Shown here piece by piece: positions 18,845 to 28,064 of a stretch of 64,000 nucleotides of DNA. This stretch comes from an uncultured Candidatus Rokubacteria bacterium (lineage in GTDB: Bacteria > Methylomirabilota > Methylomirabilia > Rokubacteriales > DASRDR01), in the NCBI GenBank assembly GCA_963805625.1, contig CAWDVE010000004.1, positions 30,427-94,426 on the forward strand. Reading direction: 5' to 3'. The translations under genes were made by a program, and so were the position numbers. Each line of letters starts with the position of its first letter. Within the stretch, counting starts at the first letter, position 1. The notes under the pieces were generated by a model. That model searched no databases. It was not told where the DNA came from and worked only from the letters and a program-made list of their open reading frames with translations.

Positions 18845-21049
18845 ATGACGCGCGCGGCGACGGGCTGGCTGGGGCTCGCCTGGCTGGCCTTCGCCCTCCT
18901 GCCGTGGTACGCGCTCCCGGGCGACGGCTGGCTCGATCCGGGCTGGCTCCGGCGCTACCCCGACGCCGTCACGGCGTCAGCCTTGCTCCAGGGTATCTTC
19001 CACGGCCGGCCGTGGCTCCTTCCCACCGCGTTACCGCTCTTGCTCCCGTTTCTCGCGTGGCGCCGCCCGAAGGAGGATCCGCGCGCTGCGACCGCACTCG
19101 TGGTGGCGGGAGCGAGCGGTCTCGCGTGGATCGCCCTCCAGGGATTTGCCATCGGCCACCGGGGTTGGTCGGCGGCCTGGCTCGCGAACCTCCTCGGCGC
19201 CCCCGGGCCCAGCCAGGCGGGCTTCGGCCTGGGGGCGCTGCTCCTCTGCCTGGCGTGCCTCGTGCTGCTCTGCCACGGTCTGGCGGCACGGGGGTTCATG
19301 AAGGGCGACGCCTTCCTGACCAGCACGATCGGTCTCGTCGTCGGCCTCGTGGTGGTCTTCGTCTTCTGGCCGGTCGTTACGGTACTCTCGAGCGCGGTGC
19401 GCGACGAAGGTGGCGCGCTCGCGCCGACGGTCTTCCTCCATAAGCTCACGAACCGGTCGATCTGGGGCCTCGACTGCCTCTCCGGTCCGCTCCGGTGCGG
19501 CGTTGCCTGGAACACGCTGTTTCTCGCGGTCCTCGTCGGAGCCGGCACGACGGTCCTCGGCCTGGCCTTTGCTCTCATCGCCACCCGCACGGCGTTTCCC
19601 GCCAAGCCTCTTCTGCGCGCGCTGTCCGTGCTCCCGATCATCACGCCGCCGTTCGTGATCGGTCTCGCGCTGATCCTCCTCTTCGGCCGCTCGGGGGCCG
19701 TCACGGCCCTGCTCTCGGACTGGTTCGGGATCCCGCGGACCCGCTGGATTTACGGATTGCCGGGAGTGCTAATCGCCCAGCTCCTCGCCTTCGCGCCGAT
19801 CGCGTTCCTGGTCCTGATCGGCGTCGTCCAGGGGATCAGCCCGTCGCTCGAGGAGGCGGCGCAGACGCTCCGGGCGAGCCGCTGGACGACCTTCCGGACG
19901 GTGACGTGGCCTCTCCTCAGGCCCGGGGTCGCGAACGCGTTCCTGCTGGGATTCGTGGAGAGCATGGCCGACTTCGGCAACCCCCTGGTGCTGTCGGGCA
20001 ACTACGAGCTCCTGTCCATCCAGATCTTCTTCGCCGTGGTGGGGGCGGCGCACGATCAGGGCCGCGCGGCCGTGCTCGCCATCGTGCTGCTCACGTTCAC
20101 GCTGGGGGCGTTCTACGCGCAGCAGCGGTGGCTCGGCCGGGTGGCCTACACCACGGTAACCGGGAAGGGGGACGCCGGCCTTCCAGTCACGCTCCCCGCG
20201 CCCCTCCGCTGGGGCTGCTACGCGCTCGCCCTGCCGTGGGGGATCCTGGCGCTCGTGATCTATGCCGTCATCATCGTCGGGGGGTTCGTGCGGGCCATGG
20301 GGCGGGACTACACGCCGACCCTCGAGTACTTCGCGACAGGCTTCGGCGTCGAGCGCGCGGCATCGGGCGGCCTCCATTTCACGGGATCGGCGTGGGACTC
20401 CTTCTGGACCACGATCGAGATCGCCGCCATCTCGGCCCCCATCACCGCCGTGATCGGCGTGCTGACCGCATACCTGCTCGCGCGGCAGCGGTTCGTGGGC
20501 CGGAGCCTGTTCGAGTTCGGCACGATGCTCTCATTCGCCATCCCGGGGACGGTCATCGGCGTGGCCTACATCCTCGCGTTCAACGTGCCGCCCATCGAGC
20601 TCACGGGCACCGGCGTGATCCTGGTCCTCTGCTTCGTCTTCCGTAACATGCCGGTCGGCGTGCGGGCGGGAATCGCCGCGCTCTCGCAGATCGACCGGAG
20701 TCTCGACGAGGCCTCGCTCACCCTGGGCGCCCGGACGGGCACGACGATGCGCCGCGTCGTGCTGCCGCTCCTCCGTCCGGCGATCGTGGCCGCGCTCGTG
20801 TACAGTTTTGTCCGCGCGATGACTGCGGTCAGCGCTGTGATCTTCCTGGTCAGTGCGCGTTACAACCTCGCCACCGCGTACATCGTCGGCCGGGTCGAGG
20901 CGGGGGAGTTCGGCCTGGCCATTGCCTACTCGTCGGTCCTGATCGTCGTGATGCTGGCGGCGATCCTCCTCATCCAGTGGCTCGTCGGCGAGCGCCGGCT
21001 CGGGCGGCGGGCGCCCGCCGACCTCGGGATCCAGACGGCGGGCGGATAG
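18845..21049 (+). CDS. Fused two-domain ABC permease (FbpB/AfuB-like)
   Basis: ATG 18845 (MTRAATGWLGLAWLAF..). The first 140 codons of the ORF-track ORF overlap the SBP gene in another frame. There are two tandem permease modules, each with an EAA-type loop (..SLEEAAQTLRASRWTTFRTVTWPLL.. and ..SLDEASLTLGARTGTTMRRVVLPLL..). Confidence 0.85.
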   Translation: MTRAATGWLGLAWLAFALLPWYALPGDGWLDPGWLRRYPDAVTASALLQGIFHGRPWLLPTALPLLLPFLAWRRPKEDPRAATALVVAGASGLAWIALQGFAIGHRGWSAAWLANLLGAPGPSQAGFGLGALLLCLACLVLLCHGLAARGFMKGDAFLTSTIGLVVGLVVVFVFWPVVTVLSSAVRDEGGALAPTVFLHKLTNRSIWGLDCLSGPLRCGVAWNTLFLAVLVGAGTTVLGLAFALIATRTAFPAKPLLRALSVLPIITPPFVIGLALILLFGRSGAVTALLSDWFGIPRTRWIYGLPGVLIAQLLAFAPIAFLVLIGVVQGISPSLEEAAQTLRASRWTTFRTVTWPLLRPGVANAFLLGFVESMADFGNPLVLSGNYELLSIQIFFAVVGAAHDQGRAAVLAIVLLTFTLGAFYAQQRWLGRVAYTTVTGKGDAGLPVTLPAPLRWGCYALALPWGILALVIYAVIIVGGFVRAMGRDYTPTLEYFATGFGVERAASGGLHFTGSAWDSFWTTIEIAAISAPITAVIGVLTAYLLARQRFVGRSLFEFGTMLSFAIPGTVIGVAYILAFNVPPIELTGTGVILVLCFVFRNMPVGVRAGIAALSQIDRSLDEASLTLGARTGTTMRRVVLPLLRPAIVAALVYSFVRAMTAVSAVIFLVSARYNLATAYIVGRVEAGEFGLAIAYSSVLIVVMLAAILLIQWLVGERRLGRRAPADLGIQTAGG

Positions 21050-21056
21050 GCGGGGC

Positions 21057-22133
21057 ATGATGGCCAGAGAGGACGGCGGCGGGGCCGCGGCGGTCGAGTT
21101 CCACCGTGTGACCAAGCGCTACGGGGATGTCGTCGCCGTGAACGAGGTGTCGTTTACGATCGAGCGGGCGACGCTCGTCACGCTGCTCGGCCCCTCGGGC
21201 TGCGGCAAGACGACGACCCTTCGCCTCATCGCCGGGCTCGAGCTGGCGAGCGAAGGGGAGGTCCGGATCGGCGGGCGAGACGTCACGCGCCGGCCGGCGA
21301 CCGAGCGAAACGTCAGCATGGTGTTCCAGTCGTACGCGCTCTTCCCGCACATGACGGTGCTCGAGAACGTCGCCTACGGCCCGGTCGTCACGGGCGTGTC
21401 CCGGGGACGGGCTCACGAGCAGGCGCGGGAGAAGCTGGCCCTGGTCGGTCTCCAGGGGCTCGACGCGCGGCTGCCCTCCGAGCTCTCGGGAGGGCAGCAG
21501 CAGCGGGTCGCGGTCGCGCGGGCCCTGGTGCTCGAGCCCGAGGTGCTGTGCTTCGACGAGCCGCTCTCGAACCTCGACGCCAAGCTTCGGCGCCGGGTCC
21601 GCGAGGACATCCGCGAGCTCCAGCAGCGCCTCGGCCTCACGGTGGCCTACGTGACGCACGATCAGCAAGAAGCCCTCGCGGTCTCCGATCGCATCATCGT
21701 CATGGACCACGCCGCCATCGCCCAGAGTGGAACGCCGCGGGAGCTCTACGAGGCGCCGGTGAGCCTCTTCGTGGCCGACTTCGTCGGCGACTCGAATCTC
21801 GTCGACGGCGAGCTCACGGCGCGAAACGGGGTCGCGGGGCGGGTGCGGGTCGGCAGCGTCGAGCTCAACCTGCCGCACCGGGGCGCCGCGCCGGGTCGGG
21901 TGAAGGTGGCCGTGCGGCCCGAGTCCCTCAGGCTCTCCACCGCGCCGCCCGCGGGGCCGGCGCTCGAGGGCCGGATCGCCAAGGCCGCCTATCTGGGCAC
22001 GCACATGGAATACACTGTGTCCACGCCGGTCGGGGAGCTCTTCGTGGTGGATCGTATGGTCACGCGCCCCGCACCCGCAGGAACACCGGTGTGGGTGGTC
22101 TTCGAGGACCACGGTGTCACGGTCGTTCCCTGA
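21057..22133 (+). CDS. ABC transporter ATP-binding protein (FbpC/PotA-like, with C-terminal TOBE-type domain)
   Basis: Walker [10 protein letters not shown], signature [15 protein letters not shown], Walker B VLCFDEPLS. Confidence 0.9.
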   Translation: MMAREDGGGAAAVEFHRVTKRYGDVVAVNEVSFTIERATLVTLLGPSGCGKTTTLRLIAGLELASEGEVRIGGRDVTRRPATERNVSMVFQSYALFPHMTVLENVAYGPVVTGVSRGRAHEQAREKLALVGLQGLDARLPSELSGGQQQRVAVARALVLEPEVLCFDEPLSNLDAKLRRRVREDIRELQQRLGLTVAYVTHDQQEALAVSDRIIVMDHAAIAQSGTPRELYEAPVSLFVADFVGDSNLVDGELTARNGVAGRVRVGSVELNLPHRGAAPGRVKVAVRPESLRLSTAPPAGPALEGRIAKAAYLGTHMEYTVSTPVGELFVVDRMVTRPAPAGTPVWVVFEDHGVTVVP

Positions 22134-22135
22134 TC

Positions 22136-22212
22136 GGGGTCAGACTTTGACTTCCTGACATTTTCGGCTGGCCGGGATATTGTGGAATGTCGGGAAGTCA
22201 AAGTCTGACCCC
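22136..22212. repeat. Palindromic intergenic element, copy 1
   Basis: Left arm GGGGTCAGACTTTGACTTCCTGACATT (22136-22162) and right arm AATGTCGGGAAGTCAAAGTCTGACCCC (22186-22212) are reverse complements with one mismatch over 27 nt, and the outer 20 nt are perfect. Related copies lie at 63513-63621 and, degenerate, at 50832-50895. Confidence 0.85.
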
Positions 22213-22227
22213 CAGGAAGGAGAGTCC

Positions 22228-23391
22228 ATGCCGCTGTCTCACATCCGTGTGGTCGACCTTTGCCGGGCCCGGACGGGCCCCACCTGCATCCGGCAGCTCT
22301 CGGAGTTCGGCGCCCAGGTCGTGAAGGTCGAGCTGCCCGAGGAGCAGGACGACGACGTCGGCGGTCGCCACGGATTCGACTTCCAGAACCTCCACCCGAA
22401 CAAGCGGGGCCTCACGCTCAACCTGAAGTCCGAGGCGGGCCGCGAGGTGCTCTACCGGCTCGTGCGCCAGGCGGATGTCTTCGCCGAGAACTTCCGCCCC
22501 AATGTGAAGCATCGCCTCGGGATCGACTACGAGACGCTGTCGGCCATGAATCCGCGCCTTGTCTACGTGAGCATCTCCGGATTCGGGCAGGTGGGGCCCT
22601 ACGCCGACCGAGCGGGGCTCGATCAGATCGCCCAGGGACTGTCCGGGTTCATGACCGTCAACGGATTCCCGGGCCAGGGCCCGCTCCGGGCCGGACTCCC
22701 GATCGCCGATCTCACGGCCGGGCTGATGGCAGCCCACGGGGTGATGGTCGCGCTGCTCGAGCGCGAGCGCTCGGGACGGGGCCAGTGGGTGCACACCTCG
22801 CTGCTCCAGGCGATGATCCGGCTGATGGATCTCCAGGCCGCGCGCTGGCTCATCGGCGGCGAGGTCCCGGGCCAGGCCGGTAACTACCACCCGGTCGGAG
22901 TGCCGACGGGTGTGTTCCGCTGCCGTGACGGCAGCCTGATCATCCAGGCCGCCAACCAGCGGCTCTACACGCGGCTCTGCCGCGCGATCGACGCTCCCGA
23001 GCTGATCGACGATTCGCGGTTCACCACGAGCGAGATTCGGCGACGGCATCGTGAGGAGCTGACCGAGGAGCTGGAGCGCCGGCTCGTGGCCCGCGACCGC
23101 GCGGAGTGGCAGACGCGGTTCGACGAGGCGGGGGTGCCGGCCGGGGCGATTCTCGACGTGCGGCAGGCCTTCGAGGATCCACAGGTGCGGCTGCTCCCGG
23201 TCGAGCGGCCGGTGGTGAGCAAGGCTCTCGGCCCGATCCGGCTCGTCGGACACGGCGTGAACCTCGAGCGGACGCCGCCCGCCATTCGATCCGCCGCGCC
23301 CGAGCGTGGCGAGCACACGGAGGAGATCCTCCGCGAGCTCGGCTATCGGGACGACGAGATCGCGACCCTCCGCCGCACGGGCGCCGTCTAG
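22228..23391 (+). CDS. Family III CoA-transferase (CaiB/BaiF-like)
   Basis: IRVVDLCRARTGPTCIRQLSEFGAQVVKVE..FRPNVKHRLGIDYETL..LVYVSISGFGQ.GPY. ATG 22228 has an AGGAAGGAGAG SD 5 nt upstream. The ORF-track start at 22180 reads through the repeat arm. Confidence 0.85.
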   Translation: MPLSHIRVVDLCRARTGPTCIRQLSEFGAQVVKVELPEEQDDDVGGRHGFDFQNLHPNKRGLTLNLKSEAGREVLYRLVRQADVFAENFRPNVKHRLGIDYETLSAMNPRLVYVSISGFGQVGPYADRAGLDQIAQGLSGFMTVNGFPGQGPLRAGLPIADLTAGLMAAHGVMVALLERERSGRGQWVHTSLLQAMIRLMDLQAARWLIGGEVPGQAGNYHPVGVPTGVFRCRDGSLIIQAANQRLYTRLCRAIDAPELIDDSRFTTSEIRRRHREELTEELERRLVARDRAEWQTRFDEAGVPAGAILDVRQAFEDPQVRLLPVERPVVSKALGPIRLVGHGVNLERTPPAIRSAAPERGEHTEEILRELGYRDDEIATLRRTGAV

Positions 23392-23424
23392 GTCAGGTGC
23401 TGCCGCCTCCGCCCGGGGTGGGAC

Positions 23425-24312
23425 TCACAGCCGCAGGTCGGCGAGCAACCGGCTCAGGTGGGCGAATCCCATCCGCGCGTAGGTGAGGGGGTGGGCCTTC
23501 ATGGGATCCTGCTCCGCCTCGACGACCAGCCACCCCGCGTAGCCGGCATCGCGCAGGGTCTCGAGTAGCGCCCGGTAGTCGACGCACCCATCGCCGGGCA
23601 CCGTGAACACGCCGTCGACCACCGCGTCGAGGAAGCTCCGGTCGCGGCGGCGCGCCTCGACCAGCACGGCCGGCCGGACGTCCTTGCAGTGGACGTGGAC
23701 GATGCGGTTCGCGTGGCGCCGCGCCACGGCGAGCACGTCGCCGCCGGCATAGGTGAGGTGCCCAGTGTCGAGGAGCAGGCCCACGGCGGGCCCCGTCGCT
23801 CCTATCAGCCGGTCGATCTCGGCCTCCGTCTCCACGACGGTCCCCATGTGGTGGTGATACGCGAGCCGCATCCCGTGGCCGGCCAGGTGCTCGGCGACCT
23901 CGGTCAGGGCCTCGCCGAACTTCGGCCAGTCACCCTCGGCCAGGCGTGGCCGCGTGGAGAGGGGGACGCCGAGCCGCCCGTGCACGCTGCCCGTCTCCTC
24001 GGCGAACACCATGGCGGTGGAATTCAGCGCCGTGAGGAGACCTGCGTGTGCCTGCATCGCGGTGATCTCCTCCTTCACGCTGCGCCGCAGAAGGTGCGAG
24101 CCATACCAGCCCGACACGAGGTCGAGCCCGTGCTGCTGTAGAACGGCTCGGAGCTCGGCCGGGCGCCGGGGGAACTTCCGCCCGAGCTCAATACCAGCGT
24201 AGCCGGCCCGCCGCGTCTCCTCGAGGCAGATCTCGAGCGAGATGTCGTCGCCGAGCGTCTCCAGGTCGTCGTTGGTCCAGCCGATGGGATTGACACCGAT
24301 TCGAACGGGCAC
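23425..24312 (-). CDS. iolE: Inosose dehydratase (myo-inosose-2 dehydratase)
   Basis: IGVNPIGWTNDD.., ..VHVHCKD.., ..FTVPGDGCVDYRALLETL..GWLVVEAEQDP.. align closely with my recollection of Bacillus IolE. Confidence 0.85.
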   Translation of the reverse strand: MPVRIGVNPIGWTNDDLETLGDDISLEICLEETRRAGYAGIELGRKFPRRPAELRAVLQQHGLDLVSGWYGSHLLRRSVKEEITAMQAHAGLLTALNSTAMVFAEETGSVHGRLGVPLSTRPRLAEGDWPKFGEALTEVAEHLAGHGMRLAYHHHMGTVVETEAEIDRLIGATGPAVGLLLDTGHLTYAGGDVLAVARRHANRIVHVHCKDVRPAVLVEARRRDRSFLDAVVDGVFTVPGDGCVDYRALLETLRDAGYAGWLVVEAEQDPMKAHPLTYARMGFAHLSRLLADLRL

Positions 24313-24313
24313 G

Positions 24314-26149
24314 CTAGCCTCCGGCTCGCTGGCGGCGGCGCGCCGCGTCGTACGCCTCGCGCGCGGCCTGGACCTCGGGCCGGGGCGAGACCTCGGGTAT
24401 GGGGACGTCCCACCACGCTCCGCCCCCGGTGAAGGGTCGCCCGGGGTCGGTCTCGATGACCACGACGGACGTCCGGTCGGCCCGATGCGCTCGCTCGAGC
24501 GCGCCCTCGAGGTCGGCGACCGTCTTGACCTGCTCGGCCTGGGCTCCGAGGCTCCGCGCGTGCGCGGCGAAGTCGATCGCCGGCGCCTCGGGCCCGAGGA
24601 GGTTGTTGAAGGGTACGCTGCCGCTCGCCACCTGGAGGCGGTTGATGCACCCGAAGCCGCGGTTGTCGAGGAGCACGATGACGAGCTTCCGATGCATCGC
24701 GACCGAGGTGGCGATCTCCGAGTTCATCATGAGGTAGCTGCCGTCTCCCACCATGACGAAGACCTCACGGTCGGGGAGCGCCAGCTTCACGCCGAGCCCG
24801 CCGGCGATCTCGTATCCCATGCAGGAGTACCCGTACTCGAGGTGGTAGCCGCGGGGCTCGCGCGTGCGCCAGAGCCGGCTGAGCTCCCCCGGCAGTCCAC
24901 CCGCGGCGCACACGACCACGTCACGGGGTCCGGCCGCGCGGTTCACCGCGCCGATCACTTGCGCCTCGGTCGCCGGGACGTCCGGACCGCTGGCGGTGGC
25001 AGCGTCGACCAGGCGCGTCCATTCGGCCGTGAGACGGCGTGCCGTCTCCATCCGCGCAGCGGGTGCCCGCCAGGCGCCGAGGGCGGCCGACAGCTCCTCG
25101 AGACCCCGGCGCGCGTCGGCCACCAGGGGCAGGGCTCCATGCTTGCCGGCGTCGTGCAGGGCGACGTTCAGCGCGACCAGAAACAGATTCGATCCCTGGA
25201 AGAGGGCACGGGAGCCGGTGGGGAAATCGGCCAGGCGGGTCCCGACCGCGAGGACGAGATCGGCGTCGGCGGCCAGTGCGTTGGCGGCGCTCGAGCCGCA
25301 CACTCCGATGGCCCCCACGCAGGCGGGATGGTCCCACGGGAGGGCACCCTTGCCGGCCTGGGTCTCGGCGACCGGGATGCCGTGGCGCTCGGCGAAGGCG
25401 CGAAGCGCCGCCTCGCCCAAGGAGTAGTGGACGCCGCCTCCGGCGATGAGGAGCGGCCGCTCGGCCCGCCGGAGCCGGTCGGCCACCGCGGCCAGCTGAG
25501 AAGGATCTGGTCCCTGCCGCCGGAGCCGGTGGGTGCGCGGCTCGAAGAAGTGCTCGGGGTACTCGAAGGCCTCGGTCTGGACGTCCTGCGGAAGGGCCAG
25601 CGTCGCGGGGCCGCAGTTGGCCGGGTCCGTGAGGACGGCGACCGCTGCCGGGAGGCTCTGGAGGAGCTGCTCGGGACGCGTGATCCGGTCCCAGTACCGG
25701 GAGACGGGCCGGAAGCAGTCGTTGGCGGAGATCGTGGGATCGCCGAAGTCCTCGACCTGCTGGAGGACCGGGTCCGGGATGCGGTTGGCGAAGACGTCGC
25801 CGGGGAGGAGCAGGACGGGCAGACGGTTGACGTGAGCGACCGCCGCCGCCGTGACCATGTTCGTGGCGCCGGGCCCGATCGACGACGTGCAGGCCATCAT
25901 CCGCCGCCGCGCGTGCGCCTTGGCGAACGCGATCGCGGCGAGGGCCATCGCCTGCTCGTTGTGGGCCCGGAGCGTCGGGAGCCGGGACTGCGCCGCATGG
26001 AGCGCCTCGCCGAGTCCCGCCACGTTGCCGTGGCCGAAGATCGCCCAGACGCCGCCGAAGAGCGGCGCCTCGCCTCCATCCACCTCCGTGCGCTGGGCGC
26101 AGAGGTACCTGACCAGCGCTTGGGCCATCGTCAGCCGAATGGTGCCCAT
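24314..26149 (-). CDS. iolD: 3D-(3,5/4)-trihydroxycyclohexane-1,2-dione acylhydrolase (ThDP enzyme)
   Basis: MGTIRLTMAQALVRYL..IFGHGNV.G.G.AL.., ..DPVLQQVE.., ..PVSRYWDRITRPEQL.. match IolD. ATG 26149 has a GAGGAGG SD. The stop lies 1 nt from the iolE start. Confidence 0.9.
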   Translation of the reverse strand: MGTIRLTMAQALVRYLCAQRTEVDGGEAPLFGGVWAIFGHGNVAGLGEALHAAQSRLPTLRAHNEQAMALAAIAFAKAHARRRMMACTSSIGPGATNMVTAAAVAHVNRLPVLLLPGDVFANRIPDPVLQQVEDFGDPTISANDCFRPVSRYWDRITRPEQLLQSLPAAVAVLTDPANCGPATLALPQDVQTEAFEYPEHFFEPRTHRLRRQGPDPSQLAAVADRLRRAERPLLIAGGGVHYSLGEAALRAFAERHGIPVAETQAGKGALPWDHPACVGAIGVCGSSAANALAADADLVLAVGTRLADFPTGSRALFQGSNLFLVALNVALHDAGKHGALPLVADARRGLEELSAALGAWRAPAARMETARRLTAEWTRLVDAATASGPDVPATEAQVIGAVNRAAGPRDVVVCAAGGLPGELSRLWRTREPRGYHLEYGYSCMGYEIAGGLGVKLALPDREVFVMVGDGSYLMMNSEIATSVAMHRKLVIVLLDNRGFGCINRLQVASGSVPFNNLLGPEAPAIDFAAHARSLGAQAEQVKTVADLEGALERAHRADRTSVVVIETDPGRPFTGGGAWWDVPIPEVSPRPEVQAAREAYDAARRRQRAGG

Positions 26150-26323
26150 CTCCAAGCCTCCTCGCGCGAGTGCACTGACACTCGGGTTTTCCTGAGTCTC
26201 GTCTTGACGGCCTCTCGCGCACAATGCTAACGTCCCGCGGATGCTAAAAGGTTTTGGCAGATCGCGTCAAGCGCCTTTCATCAGAGGGTCCAGGTGCGAG
26301 ACGAATCGATTTGGCATCGCGCC

Positions 26324-26793
26324 ATGGTGACGATCCGGGACGTCGCCCGGCTCGCCGGCGTTTCGCCGGCCACCGTGTCCCAGGCCCTCAATGGCCGGGG
26401 CCGGGTCGAGGCCTCCTCGCGCTGCCCGAGCCCCCGACGGCCCTGTTCGCGGTGACCGATGCCATGGCCATCGGCGCGCTCCGGGCCGCCCGCGAGCGCG
26501 GCGTTCGCGTGCCGGCGGGGCTGGCCGTGGTCGGGATGGACGACATCGAGATGAGCGCGTACACGGATCCGCCGCTCACGACCGTGCGGGTCGCGAAGGA
26601 CACGATGGGACGGTTCGCTGCTGACTGGCTGATCAGCCTGATCGAGGATTCGGCGGCGGGCCGGCCCGCCCCGACCGTGCCCGCGGAGCTCGTGGTCCGC
26701 GGGACTTGCGGGGGACCGACCGGCAATCGTGCTTCGGCGGCGACGCTTCCCTCGGAAGCCAAATCGACCATCTCCACCACGGAGGCGGCATGA
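26324..26793 (+). pseudogene. LacI-family transcriptional regulator remnant (internal deletion plus frame change)
   Basis: An intact HTH start (MVTIRDVARLAGVSPATVSQALNGRGRVEA) from ATG 26324 runs into TGA 26453-26455. The next frame carries only the C-terminal end of a LacI effector domain (..PTALFAVTDAMAIGALRAARERGVRVPAGLAVVGMDDIEMSAYTDPPLTTVRV..AELVVRGTCG). About 185 aa of the sugar-binding core are missing. Confidence 0.75.
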
Positions 26794-28064
26794 CCGGCAG
26801 AGGCACGAAGCTGGCCCTCGACGGAGGGACCCCGGTACGCAAGGAGCCCATCCTGCCGGGCTGGCCCGGAGGTCTCCTGATCGGGGCCGAGGAGAAGGCC
26901 CAGGTCCTGGAGGTCCTCGAGAGCCAGAGTCTCTACCGGCACTACGGCCCGCATCCGCGGCACAAGGCGGCTGAGCTGGAGCAGAAGTTTGCGGCGGCCA
27001 TTGGGGCGGGCCACGCGCTCGCCGTCACGTCAGGCACCGGCGCCTTGCTGGTCGGTCTCGCCGCTCTCGGCGTCGGCCCGGGGGACGAGGTGATCGTCCC
27101 GACCTACACGTGGGTCGCGACGATCAACGCGGTAGTGACGCTCGGGGCCGTGCCGGTCTTCGTCGACATCGACGAGAGCCTGACGATGGACCCCCGGGCC
27201 GTGGAGGCGGCGATCACCGAGGCGACGGTGGCGATCGTGCCAGTCCACATGCGCGGGGCGGCGGCCGACATCGCGCCCATACTCGGCATTGCCGAGCGGC
27301 ACGGTCTCGCGGTCCTCGAGGACGCCGCCCAGGCGGTCGGTGGACTGTACCGGGGGCAGCGACTCGGCACATTCGGCAAGTTCGGCGCCTTCAGCCTCCA
27401 GTACCACAAGACGATCACCACCGGCGAGGGCGGCATGCTCGTGAGCGACGACACCGCCCTGTTCGAGCGGGCGGTGCGCTACCACGATCAGGGCTCGGTG
27501 CGCGTCGAAGAGCTGGACCAGATGATTCCCGAAAACAGTCCGCTCATCATCGGCGTCAACTACCGGATGAGCGAGCTGACGGCCGCGGTGGGCGTCGCCC
27601 AGCTCGGCAAGATGGACTGGATCATCGGCCAGCTGCGCGCGCACAAGGCCCGGGCCGTCCGGGGCATCGACGGCATCCCGGGCGTGCGTGTCCGCCCCCT
27701 GGCGGATCCCGCTGGGGAGACGGGAGCGACCCTGATCTTCTCGGTCCCCTCGGGCGACGACGCGACGCGGGTGGCCAGGGCGCTGACGGCGGAGAACGTG
27801 CGGGCGTCGGTCCCCTGGACAAGCGGGCAGCACGTCTACTACCACTTCGATCAGCTCATCGAGCGGCGGTTCCTGTCCAAGCGTCACTGCGCCTGGGAAT
27901 GTCCCCACTACCGGGGGAAGGCGACACTCCGGAAGGGCCAGTTCCCGCGGACCGACGAGATTCTCCAGCAGGCGGTCCACATCGATCTTCACCCGCTGCT
28001 CGCCGAGGCGGACGTGGACGACATCGTGACCGCGATCGACAAGGTCGCCGGCGCACTGCTGTGA
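26790..28064 (+). CDS. DegT/DnrJ/EryC1/StrS-family PLP aminotransferase (inosose/keto-sugar aminotransferase-like)
   Basis: ATG 26790 (ATGA overlap, GGAGG SD). ..ALAVTSGTGALLVGLAALGVGPGDEVIVPTYTWVAT.., ..FSLQYHKTITTGEGGMLVS.. carries the PLP-lysine context. Confidence 0.85.
   Translation: MTGRGTKLALDGGTPVRKEPILPGWPGGLLIGAEEKAQVLEVLESQSLYRHYGPHPRHKAAELEQKFAAAIGAGHALAVTSGTGALLVGLAALGVGPGDEVIVPTYTWVATINAVVTLGAVPVFVDIDESLTMDPRAVEAAITEATVAIVPVHMRGAAADIAPILGIAERHGLAVLEDAAQAVGGLYRGQRLGTFGKFGAFSLQYHKTITTGEGGMLVSDDTALFERAVRYHDQGSVRVEELDQMIPENSPLIIGVNYRMSELTAAVGVAQLGKMDWIIGQLRAHKARAVRGIDGIPGVRVRPLADPAGETGATLIFSVPSGDDATRVARALTAENVRASVPWTSGQHVYYHFDQLIERRFLSKRHCAWECPHYRGKATLRKGQFPRTDEILQQAVHIDLHPLLAEADVDDIVTAIDKVAGALL

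Noticed and set aside
22180-22227. N-terminal extension MWNVGKSKSDPQEGES of the CoA-transferase.
   Set aside because: It is a translation of the palindromic repeat arm. ATG 22228 has a strong SD and a family-typical N-terminus.
24242-26230. 662-aa plus-strand ORF (also 24921-26222 minus, 433 aa).
   Set aside because: It overlaps iolD on the opposite strand or in another frame. iolD has unambiguous family similarity; these ORFs have none.
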